Shown: positions 52,301-64,000 of the stretch, piece after piece
Position numbering within the stretch: the stretch's first letter is position 1
Layout: each line of letters starts with the position of its first letter
Assembly: GCA_964016885.1 (NCBI GenBank)
Contig: OZ024741.1
Coordinates: 244,404,001 to 244,468,000 of the forward strand
DNA: 64,000 nt
Direction of reading: 5' to 3'
DNA from: Eledone cirrhosa
Taxonomy: Eukaryota
Position numbers and translations under genes: made by a program
Notes under the pieces: model-generated
The model's database searches: none
Told to the model about the DNA's origin: nothing
What the model saw: the letters and a program-made list of their open reading frames with translations, nothing else

Positions 52301-55300
52301 GATCGATCCGACCAAGGGCGGCCGGCCCACGATCGAAAAGGTAACTCCGCCGGCAAATCCGCATTTTTGTGATTCGTTTCTTCGAAGCACACCATTCGCT
52401 GGTGGACTTCAGCTTCCTCATTTAGCATGGGCAGCTTTTCTTGAAAATCACACCACACTCAGCAAATGTGTGTCTGCACATGTACCAGTAATTACAGATC
52501 GATCCGACCACGGGCGGTCAGCCCACGATCGAAAAGGTAACTCCGCCGGCAAATCCGCATTTTTGTGATTCGTTTCTTCGAAGCACACCATTCGCCGCCG
52601 GACTTCAGCTTCCACATTTAGCATGGGCAGCTTTTCTTGAAAATCACACCACACTCAGCAAATGTGTGTCTGCACATGTACCAGTAATTACAGATCGATC
52701 GGACCACGGGCGGCCGGCTCACGATCGAAAAGGTAACTCCGCCGGCAAATCCGCATTTTTGTGATTCGTTTCTTCGAAGCACACCATTCGCCGCCGGACT
52801 TCAGCTTCCTCATTTAGCATGGGCAGCTTTTCTTGAAAATCACACCACACTCAGCAAATGTGTGTCTGCACATGTACCAGTAATTACAGATCGATCCGAC
52901 CGCGGGCGGCCTGCCCACGATCGAAAAGGTAACTCCGCAGGCAAATTCGCATTTTTGTGATTCGTTTCTTCGAAGCACACCATTCGCCGCCGGACTTCAG
53001 CTTCCACATTTAGCATGGGCAGCTTTTCTTGAAAATCACACCACACTCAGCAAATGTGTGTCTGCACATGTACCAGTAATTACAGATCGATCCGCCCACG
53101 GGTGGCCGGCCCACGATCGAAAATGTAACTCCGCCGGCAAATCCGCATTTTTGTGATTCGTTTCTTCGAAGCACACCATTCGCCGCCGGACTTCAGCTTC
53201 CACATTTGGCATGTGCAGCTTTTCTTGAAAATCACACCACACACAGCCAATCTGTGTTTGCACATGTACCAGTAATTACAGATCGATCCGACCAAGGGCG
53301 GCCGGCCCACGATCGAAAAGGTAACTCCGCCGGCAAATCCGCATTTTTGTGATTCGTTTCTTCGAAGCACACCATTCGCCGCCGGACTTCAGCTTCCTCA
53401 TTTAGCATGGGCAGCTTTTCTTGAAAATCACACCACACTCAGCAAATGTGTGTCTGCACATGTACCAGTAATTACAGATCGATCCGACCGCGGGCGGCCT
53501 GCCCACGATCGAAAAGGTAACTCCGCAGGCAAATTCGCATTTTTGTGATTCGTTTCTTCGAAGCACACCATTCGCTGGTGGACTTCAGCTTCGTCATTTA
53601 GCATGGGCAGCTTTTCTTGAAAATCACACCACACTCAGAAAATGTGTGTCTGCACATGTACCAGTAATTACAGATCGATCCGCCCACGGGTAGCCGGCTC
53701 ACGATCGAAAATGTAACTCCGCCGGCAAATCCGCATTTTTGTGATTCGTTTCTTCGAAGCACACCATTCGCCGCCGGACTTCAGCTTCCACATTTAGCAT
53801 GGGCAGCTTTTCTTGAAAATCACACCACACTCAGCAAATGTGTGTCTGCACATGTACCAGTAATTACAGATCGATCCGACCACGGGCGGCCTGCCCACGA
53901 TCGAAGAGGTAACTCCGCAGGCAAATTCGCATTTTTGTGATTCGTTTCTTCGAAGCACACCATTCGCTGGTGGACTTCAGCTTCCTCATTTAGCATGGGC
54001 AGCTTTTCTTGAAAATCACACCACACTCAGCAGATGTGTGTCTGCACATGTACCAGTAATTACAGATCGATCGGACCACGGGCGGCCGGCTCACGATCGA
54101 AAAGGTAACTCCGCCGGCAAATCCGCATTTTTGTGATTCGTTTCTTCGAAGCTCACCATTCGCCGCCGGACTTCAGCTTCCTCATTTAGCATGGGCAGCT
54201 TTTCTCGAAAATCACAACACACTCAGCAAATGTGTGTCTGCACATGTACCAGTAATTACAGATCGATCCGACCTGGGGCGGCCGGCCCACGATCGAAAAG
54301 GTAACTCCGGCGGCAAATTCGCATTTTTGTGATTCGTTTCTTTGAAGCACACAATTCGCTGGTGGACTTCAGCTTCCTCATTTAGCATGGGCAGCTTTTC
54401 TTGAAAATCACACCACACACAGCCAATGAGTGTCTGCACATGTACCAGTAATTACAGATCGATACGACCACGGACGGCCTGCCCACGATCGAAAAGGTAA
54501 CTCCGCAGGCAAATTCGCATTTTTGTGATTCGTTTCTTCGAAGCACACCATTCGCTGGTGGACTTCAGCTTCGTCATTTAGCATGGGCAGCTTTTCTTGA
54601 AAATCACACCACACTCAGCAAATGTGTGTCTGCACATGTACCAGTAATTACAGATCGATCCGCCCACGGGTAGCCGGCCCACGATCGAAAATGTAACTCC
54701 GCCGGCAAATCCGCATTTTTGTGATTCGTTTCTTCGAAGCACACCATTCGCCGCCGGACTTCAGCTTCCACATTTAGCATGGGCAGCTTTTCTTGAAAAT
54801 CACACCACACTCAGCAAATGTGTGTCTGCACATGTACCAGTAATTACAGATCGATCCGCCCACGGGTGGCCGGCCCACGATCGAAAATGTAACTCCGCCG
54901 GCAAATCCGCATTTTTGTGATTCGTTTCTTCGAAGCACACCATTCGCCGCCGGACTTCAGCTTCCACATTTGGCATGTGCAGCTTTTCTTGAAAATCACA
55001 CCACACACAGCCAATCTGTGTCTGCACATGTACCAGTAATTACAGATCGATCCGACCAAGGGCGGCCGGCCCACGATCGAAAAGGTAACTCCGCCGGCAA
55101 ATCCGCATTTTTGTGATTCGTTTCTTCGAAGCACACCATTCGCTGGTGGACTTCAGCTTCCTCATTTAGCATGGGCAGCTTTTCTTGAAAATCACACCAC
55201 ACTCAGCAAATGTGTGTCTGCACATGTACCAGTAATTACAGATCGATCCGACCACGGGCGGTCAGCCCACGATCGAAAAGGTAACTCCGCCGGCAAATCC

Positions 55301-58300
55301 GCATTTTTGTGATTCGTTTCTTCGAAGCACACCATTCGCCGCCGGACTTCAGCTTCCACATTTAGCATGGGCAGCTTTTCTTGAAAATCACACCACACTC
55401 AGCAAATGTGTGTCAGCACATGTACCAGTAATTACAGATCGATCGGACCACGGGCGGCCGGCTCACGATCGAAAAGGTAACTCCGCCGGCAAATCCGCAT
55501 TTTTGTGATTCGTTTCTTCGAAGCACACCATTCGCCGCCGGACTTCAGCTTCCTCATTTAGCATGGGCAGCTTTTCTTGAAAATCACACCACACTCAGCA
55601 AATGTGTGTCTGCACATGTACCAGTAATTACAGATCGATTCGACCGCGGGCGGCCTGCCCACGATCGAAAAGGTAACTCCGCAGGCAAATTCGCATTTTT
55701 GTGATTCGTTTCTTCGAAGCACACCATTCGCTGGTGGACTTCAGCTTCGTCATTTAGCATGGGCAGCTTTTCTTGAAAATCACACCACACTCAGAAAATG
55801 TGTGTCTGCACATGTACCAGTAATTACAGATCGATCCGCCCACGGGTAGCCGGCCCACGATCGAAAATGTAACTCCGCCGGCAAATCCGCATTTTTGTGA
55901 TTCGTTTCTTCGAAGCACACCATTCGCCGCCGGACTTCAGCTTCCACATTTAGCATGGGCAGCTTTTCTTGAAAATCACACCACACTCAGCAAATGTGTG
56001 TCTGCACATGTACCAGTAATTACAGATCGATCGGACCACGGGCGGCCGGCTCACGATCTAAAAGGTAACTCCGCCGGCAAATCCGCATTTTTGTGATTCG
56101 TTTCTTCGAAGCACACCATTCGCCGCCGGACTTCAGCTTCCTCATTTAGCATGGGCAGCTTTTCTTGAAAATCACACCACACTCAGCAAATGTGTGTCTG
56201 CACATGTACCAGTAATTACAGATCGATCCGCCCACGGGTAGCCGGCCCACGATAGAAAATGTAACTCCGCCGGCAAATCCGCATTTTTGTGATTCGTTTC
56301 TTCGAAGCACACCATTCGCCGCCGGACTTCAGCTTCCACATTTAGCATGGGCAGCTTTTCTTGAAAATCACACCACACTCAGCAAATGTGTGTCTGCACA
56401 TGTACCAGTAATTACAGATCGATCCGACCACGGGCGGCCTGCCCACGATCGAAGAGGTAACTCCGCAGGCAAATTCGCATTTTTGTGATTCGTTTCTTCG
56501 AAGCACACCATTCGCTGGTGGACTTCAGCTTCCTCATTTAGCATGGGCAGCTTTTCTTGAAAATCACACCACACTCAGCAAATGTGTGTCTGCACATGTA
56601 CCAGTAATTACAGATCGATCGGACCACGGGCGGCCGGCTCACGATCGAAAAGGTAACTCCGCCGGCAAATCCGCATTTTTGTGATTCGTTTCTTCGAAGC
56701 TCACCATTCGCCGCCGGACTTCAGCTTCCTCATTTAGCATGGGCAGCTTTTCTCGAAAATCACAACACACTCAGCAAATGTGTGTCTGCACATGTACCAG
56801 TAATTACAGATCGATCCGACCTGGGGCGGCCGGCCCACGATCGAAAAGGTAACTCCGGCGGCAAATTCGCATTTTTGTGATTCGTTTCTTTGAAGCACAC
56901 CATTCGCTGGTGGACTTCAGCTTCCTCATTTAGCATGGGCAGCTTTTCTTGAAAATCACACCACACACAGCCAATGAGTGTCTGCACATGTACCAGTAAT
57001 TACAGATCGATACGACCACGGGCGGCCTGCCCACGATCGAAAATGTAACTCCGCCGGCAAATCCGCATTTTTGTGATTCGTTTCTTCGAAGCACACCATT
57101 CGCCGCCGGACTTCAGCTTCCACATTTAGCATGGGCAGCTTTTCTTGAAAATCACACCACACTCAGCAAATGTGTGTCTGCACATGTACCAGTAATTACA
57201 GATCGATCCGCCCACGGGTGGCCGGCCCACGATCGAAAATGTAACTCCGCCGGCAAATCCGCATTTTTGTGATTCGTTTCTTCGAAGCACACCATTCGCC
57301 GCCGGACTTCAGCTTCCACATTTGGCATGTGCAGCTTTTCTTGAAAATCACACCACACACAGCCAATCTGTGTCTGCACATGTACCAGTAATTACAGATC
57401 GATCCGACCAAGGGCGGCCGGCCCACGATCGAAAAGGTAACTCCGCCGGCAAATCCGCATTTTTGTGATTCGTTTCTTCGAAGCACACCATTCGCTGGTG
57501 GACTTCAGCTTCCTCATTTAGCATGGGCAGCTTTTCTTGAAAATCACACCACACTCAGCAAATGTGTGTCTGCACATGTACCAGTAATTACAGATCGATC
57601 CGACCACGGGCGGTCAGCCCACGATCGAAAAGGTAACTCCGCCGGCAAATCCGCATTTTTGTGATTCGTTTCTTCGAAGCACACCATTCGCCGCCGGACT
57701 TCAGCTTCCTCATTTAGCATGGGCAGCTTTTCTTGAAAATCACACCACACTCAGCAAATGTGTGTCTGCACATGTACCAGTAATTACAGATCGATCCGAC
57801 CGCGGGCGGCCTGCCGACGATCGAAAAGGTAACTCCGCAGGCAAATTCGCATTTTTGTGATTCGTTTCTTCGAAGCACACCATTCGCCGCCGGACTTCAG
57901 CTTCCACATTTAGCATGGGCAGCTTTTCTTGAAAATCACACCACACTCAGCAAATGTGTGTCTGCACATGTACCAGTAATTACAGATCGATCCGCCCACG
58001 GGTGGCCGGCCCACGATCGAAAATGTAACTCCGCCGGCAAATCCGCATTTTTGTGATTCGTTTCTTCGAAGCACACCATTCGCCGCCGGACTTCAGCTTC
58101 CACATTTGGCATGTGCAGCTTTTCTTGAAAATCACACCACACACAGCCAATCTGTGTCTGCACATGTACCAGTAATTACAGATCGATCCGACCAAGGGCG
58201 GCCGGCCCACGATCGAAAAGGTAACTCCGCCGGCAAATCCGCATTTTTGTGATTCGTTTCTTCGAAGCACACCATTCGCCGCCGGACTTCAGCTTCCTCA

Positions 58301-61300
58301 TTTAGCATGGGCAGCTTTTCTTGAAAATCACACCACACTCAGCAAATGTGTGTCTGCACATGTACCAGTAATTACAGATCGATCCGACCGCGGGCGGCCT
58401 GCCCACGATCGAAAAGGTAACTCCGCAGGCAAATTCGCATTTTTGTGATTCGTTTCTTCGAAGCACACCATTCGCTGGTGGACTTCAGCTTCGTCATTTA
58501 GCATGGGCAGCTTTTCTTGAAAATCACACCACACACAGCCAATCTGTGTCTGCACATGTACCAGTAATTACAGATCGATCCGACCGCGGGCGGCCTGCCC
58601 ACGATCGAAAAGGTAACTCCGCAGGCAAATTCGCATTTTTGTGATTCGTTTCTTCGAAGCACACCATTCGCCGCCGGACTTCAGCTTCGTCATTTAGCAT
58701 GGGCAGCTTTTCTTGAAAATCACACCACACTCAGCAAATGTGTGTCTGCACATGTACCAGTAATTACAGATCGATCCGCCCACGGGTAGCCGGCCCACGA
58801 TCGAAAATGTAACTCCGCCGGCAAATCCGCATTTTTGTGATTCGTTTCTTCGAAGCACACCATTCGCCGCCGGACTTCAGCTTCCACATTTAGCATGGGC
58901 AGCTTTTCTTGAAAATCACACCACACTCAGCAAATGTGTGTCTGCACATGTACCAGTAATTACAGATCGATCCGCCCACGGGTGGCCGGCCCACGATCGA
59001 AAATGTAACTCCGCCGGCAAATCCGCATTTTTGTGATTCGTTTCTTCGAAGCACACCATTCGCCGCCGGACTTCAGCTTCCACATTTGGCATGTGCAGCT
59101 TTTCTTGAAAATCACACCACACACAGCCAATCTGTGTCTGCACATGTACCAGTAATTACAGATCGATCCGACCAAGGGCGGCCGGCCCACGATCGAAAAG
59201 GTAACTCCGCCGGCAAATCCGCATTTTTGTGATTCGTTTCTTCGAAGCACACCATTCGCTGGTGGACTTCAGCTTCCTCATTTAGCATGGGCAGCTTTTC
59301 TTGAAAATCACACCACACTCAGCAAATGTGTGTCTGCACATGTACCAGTAATTACAGATCGATCCGACCACGGGCGGTCAGCCCACGATCGAAAAGGTAA
59401 CTCCGCCGGCAAATCCGCATTTTTGTGATTCGTTTCTTCGAAGCACACCATTCGCCGCCGGACTTCAGCTTCCACATTTAGCATGGGCAGCTTTTCTTGA
59501 AAATCACACCACACTCAGCAAATGTGTGTCTGCACATGTACCAGTAATTACAGATCGATCGGACCACGGGCGGCCGGCTCACGATCGAAAAGGTAACTCC
59601 GCCGGCAAATCCGCATTTTTGTGATTCGTTTCTTCGAAGCACACCATTCGCCGCCGGACTTCAGCTTCCTCATTTAGCATGGGCAGCTTTTCTTGAAAAT
59701 CACACCACACTCAGCAAATGTGTGTCTGCACATGTACCAGTAATTACAGATCGATCCGACCGCGGGCGGCCTGCCCACGATCGAAAAGGTAACTCCGCAG
59801 GCAAATTCGCATTTTTGTGATTCGTTTCTTCGAAGCACACCATTCGCCGCCGGACTTCAGCTTCCACATTTAGCATGGGCAGCTTTTCTTGAAAATCACA
59901 CCACACTCAGCAAATGTGTGTCTGCACATGTACCAGTAATTACAGATCGATCCGCCCACGGGTGGCCGGCCCACGATCGAAAATGTAACTCCGCCGGCAA
60001 ATCCGCATTTTTGTGATTCGTTTCTTCGAAGCACACCATTCGCCGCCGGACTTCAGCTTCCACATTTGGCATGTGCAGCTTTTCTTGAAAATCACACCAC
60101 ACACAGCCAATCTGTGTCTGCACATGTACCAGTAATTACAGATCGATCCGACCAAGGGCGGCCGGCCCACGATCGAAAAGGTAACTCCGCCGGCAAATCC
60201 GCATTTTTGTGATTCGTTTCTTCGAAGCACACCATTCGCCGCCGGACTTCAGCTTCCTCATTTAGCATGGGCAGCTTTTCTTGAAAATCACACCACACTC
60301 AGCAAATGTGTGTCTGCACATGTACCAGTAATTACAGATCGATCCGACCGCGGGCGGCCTGCCCACGATCGAAAAGGTAACTCCGCAGGCAAATTCGCAT
60401 TTTTGTGATTCGTTTCTTCGAAGCACACCATTCGCTGGTGGACTTCAGCTTCGTCATTTAGCATGGGCAGCTTTTCTTGAAAATCACACCACACTCAGAA
60501 AATGTGTGTCTGCACATGTACCAGTAATTACAGATCGATCCGCCCACGGGTAGCCGGCTCACGATCGAAAATGTAACTCCGCCGGCAAATCCGCATTTTT
60601 GTGATTCGTTTCTTCGAAGCACACCATTCGCCGCCGGACTTCAGCTTCCACATTTAGCATGGGCAGCTTTTCTTGAAAATCACACCACACTCAGCAAATG
60701 TGTGTCTGCACATGTACCAGTAATTACAGATCGATCCGACCACGGGCGGCCTGCCCACGATCGAAGAGGTAACTCCGCAGGCAAATTCGCATTTTTGTGA
60801 TTCGTTTCTTCGAAGCACACCATTCGCTGGTGGACTTCAGCTTCCTCATTTAGCATGGGCAGCTTTTCTTGAAAATCACACCACACTCAGCAAATGTGTG
60901 TCTGCACATGTACCAGTAATTACAGATCGATCGGACCACGGGCGGCCGGCTCACGATCTAAAAGGTAACTCCGCCGGCAAATCCGCATTTTTGTGATTCG
61001 TTTCTTCGAAGCTCACCATTCGCCGCCGGACTTCAGCTTCCTCATTTAGCATGGGCAGCTTTTCTCGAAAATCACAACACACTCAGCAAATGTGTGTCTG
61101 CACATGTACCAGTAATTACAGATCGATCCGACCTGGGGCGGCCGGCCCACGATCGAAAAGGTAACTCCGGCGGCAAATTCGCATTTTTGTGATTCGTTTC
61201 TTTGAAGCACACCATTCGCTGGTGGACTTCAGCTTCCTCATTTAGCATGGGCAGCTTTTCTTGAAAATCACACCACACACAGCCAATGAGTGTCTGCACA

Positions 61301-64000
61301 TGTACCAGTAATTACAGATCGATACGACCACGGACGGCCTGCCCACGATCGAAAAGGTAACTCCGCAGGCAAATTCGCATTTTTGTGATTCGTTTCTTCG
61401 AAGCACACCATTCGCTGGTGGACTTCAGCTTCGTCATTTAGCATGGGCAGCTTTTCTTGAAAATCACACCACACTCAGCAAATGTGTGTCTGCACATGTA
61501 CCAGTAATTACAGATCGATCCGCCCACGGGTGGCCGGCCCACGATCGAAAATGTAACTCCGCCGGCAAATCCGCATTTTTGTGATTCGTTTCTTCGAAGC
61601 ACACCATTCGCCGCCGGACTTCAGCTTCCACATTTGGCATGTGCAGCTTTTCTTGAAAATCACACCACACACAGCCAATCTGTGTCTGCACATGTACCAG
61701 TAATTACAGATCGATCCGACCAAGGGCGGCCGGCCCACGATCGAAAAGGTAACTCCGCCGGCAAATCCGCATTTTTGTGATTCGTTTCTTCGAAGCACAC
61801 CATTCGCTGGTGGACTTCAGCTTCCTCATTTAGCATGGGCAGCTTTTCTTGAAAATCACACCACACTCAGCAAATGTGTGTCTGCACATGTACCAGTAAT
61901 TACAGATCGATCCGACCACGGGCGGTCAGCCCACGATCGAAAAGGTAACTCCGCCGGCAAATCCGCATTTTTGTGATTCGTTTCTTCGAAGCACACCATT
62001 CGCCGCCGGACTTCAGCTTCCACATTTAGCATGGGCAGCTTTTCTTGAAAATCACACCACACTCAGCAAATGTGTGTCAGCACATGTACCAGTAATTACA
62101 GATCGATCGGACCACGGGCGGCCGGCTCACGATCGAAAAGGTAACTCCGCCGGCAAATCCGCATTTTTGTGATTCGTTTCTTCGAAGCACACCATTCGCC
62201 GCCGGACTTCAGCTTCCTCATTTAGCATGGGCAGCTTTTCTTGAAAATCACACCACACTCAGCAAATGTGTGTCTGCACATGTACCAGTAATTACAGATC
62301 GATCCGACCGCGGGCGGCCTGCCCACGATCGAAAAGGTAACTCCGCAGGCAAATTCGCATTTTTGTGATTCGTTTCTTCGAAGCACACCATTCGCTGGTG
62401 GACTTCAGCTTCGTCATTTAGCATGGGCAGCTTTTCTTGAAAATCACACCACACTCAGAAAATGAGTGTCTGCACATGTACCAGTAATTACAGATCGATC
62501 CGCCCACGGGTAGCCGGCCCACGATCGAAAATGTAACTCCGCCGGCAAATCCGCATTTTTGTGATTCGTTTCTTCGAAGCACACCATTCGCCGCCGGACT
62601 TCAGCTTCCACATTTAGCATGGGCAGCTTTTCTTGAAAATCACACCACACTCAGCAAATGTGTGTCTGCACATGTACCAGTAATTACAGATCGATCGGAC
62701 CACGGGCGGCCGGCTCACGATCTAAAAGGTAACTCCGCCGGCAAATCCGCATTTTTGTGATTCGTTTCTTCGAAGCACACCATTCGCCGCCGGACTTCAG
62801 CTTCCTCATTTAGCATGGGCAGCTTTTCTTGAAAATCACACCACACTCAGCAAATGTGTGTCTGCACATGTACCAGTAATTACAGATCGATCCGCCCACG
62901 GGTAGCCGGCCCACGATAGAAAATGTAACTCCGCCGGCAAATCCGCATTTTTGTGATTCGTTTCTTCGAAGCACACCATTCGCCGCCGGACTTCAGCTTC
63001 CACATTTAGCATGGGCAGCTTTTCTTGAAAATCACACCACACTCAGCAAATGTGTGTCTGCACATGTACCAGTAATTACAGATCGATCCGACCACGGGCG
63101 GCCTGCCCACGATCGAAGAGGTAACTCCGCAGGCAAATTCGCATTTTTGTGATTCGTTTCTTCGAAGCACACCATTCGCTGGTGGACTTCAGCTTCCTCA
63201 TTTAGCATGGGCAGCTTTTCTTGAAAATCACACCACACTCAGCAAATGTGTGTCTGCACATGTACCAGTAATTACAGATCGATCGGACCACGGGCGGCCG
63301 GCTCACGATCGAAAAGGTAACTCCGCCGGCAAATCCGCATTTTTGTGATTCGTTTCTTCGAAGCTCACCATTCGCCGCCGGACTTCAGCTTCCTCATTTA
63401 GCATGGGCAGCTTTTCTCGAAAATCACAACACACTCAGCAAATGTGTGTCTGCACATGTACCAGTAATTACGGATCGATCCGACCTGGGGCGGCCGGCCC
63501 ACGATCGAAAAGGTAACTCCGGCGGCAAATTCGCATTTTTGTGATTCGTTTCTTTGAAGCACACCATTCGCTGGTGGACTTCAGCTTCCTCATTTAGCAT
63601 GGGCAGCTTTTCTTGAAAATCACACCACACACAGCCAATGAGTGTCTGCACATGTACCAGTAATTACAGATCGATACGACCACGGGCGGCCTGCCCACGA
63701 TCGAAAAGGTAACTCCGCAGGCAAATTCGCATTTTTGTGATTCGTTTCTTCGAAGCACACCATTCGCTGGTGGACTTCAGCTTCGTCATTTAGCATGGGC
63801 AGCTTTTCTTGAAAATCACACCACACTCAGCAAATGTGTGTCTACACATGTACAAGTAATTACAGATCGATCCGCCCACGGGTAGCCGGCCCACGATCGA
63901 AAATGTAACTCCGCCGGCAAATCCGCATTTTTGTGATTCGTTTCTTCGAAGCACACCATTCGCCGCCGGACTTCAGCTTCCACATTTAGCATGGGCAGCT

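Larger units (their letters stand above)
1..64000. repeat. Tandem satellite DNA array, 196-bp monomer, ~326.5 head-to-tail copies, running off both window ends
   Basis: GAAAATCACA recurs at 111, 307, 503 and so on every 196 bp. The main repeat-derived ORF class starts at 116+196k up to 63620 (k=324 exactly). Representative monomer: gaaaatcacaccacactcagcaaatgtgtgtctgcacatgtaccagtaattacagatcgatccgaccacgggcggccggcccacgatcgaaaaggtaactccgccggcaaatccgcatttttgtgattcgtttcttcgaagcacaccattcgccgccggacttcagcttccacatttagcatgggcagcttttctt (hand count 100/196 G+C). Copies differ only by substitutions. Confidence 0.99.

Noticed and set aside
116-63826. Hundreds of 61-96 aa ORFs (MWCDFQEKLP..., MQTQIG..., MLRRNESQ...)
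   Set aside because: They are translations of the repeat. 196 is not a multiple of 3, most use GTG starts, and adjacent ORFs overlap. Many monomers (types D, H, E*, F*) carry in-frame stops, variants are mostly non-synonymous, and I recognise no domain.
1-64000. CRISPR array or other repeat-spacer/cassette system
   Set aside because: There are no unique spacers. The variable segments are point variants of one sequence, and no cas, recombinase or reverse transcriptase gene is present.

Overview
The whole 64-kb window is one head-to-tail tandem array of a 196-bp, ~51% GC monomer (~326.5 copies, one orientation). I see no insertion, inversion, unique sequence or net indel. It is most simply a eukaryotic-type satellite DNA, possibly centromeric or pericentromeric; I cannot name the family or organism from sequence alone. 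The ORF track is a by-product of the repeat, and no protein-coding gene, CRISPR array or mobile element is supported. The informative structure is higher order. About ten recurrent monomer types (A-J, defined by linked substitutions) follow a strongly non-random order but no fixed period. That order has been reshuffled by recent in-register tandem duplications of 2, 6, 8, 9, 15, 21 and 30 monomers. Several junctions are recorded as chimeric monomers, and there are also dispersed block copies up to ~40 kb apart and short gene-conversion-like tracts. Each monomer is palindrome-rich, has all its CpGs in one half, and carries a conserved GTAAC...ATTTTTGTG arrangement loosely like a splice donor plus Sm site (speculative). 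All comparisons were done by eye, so identities need confirming by alignment.
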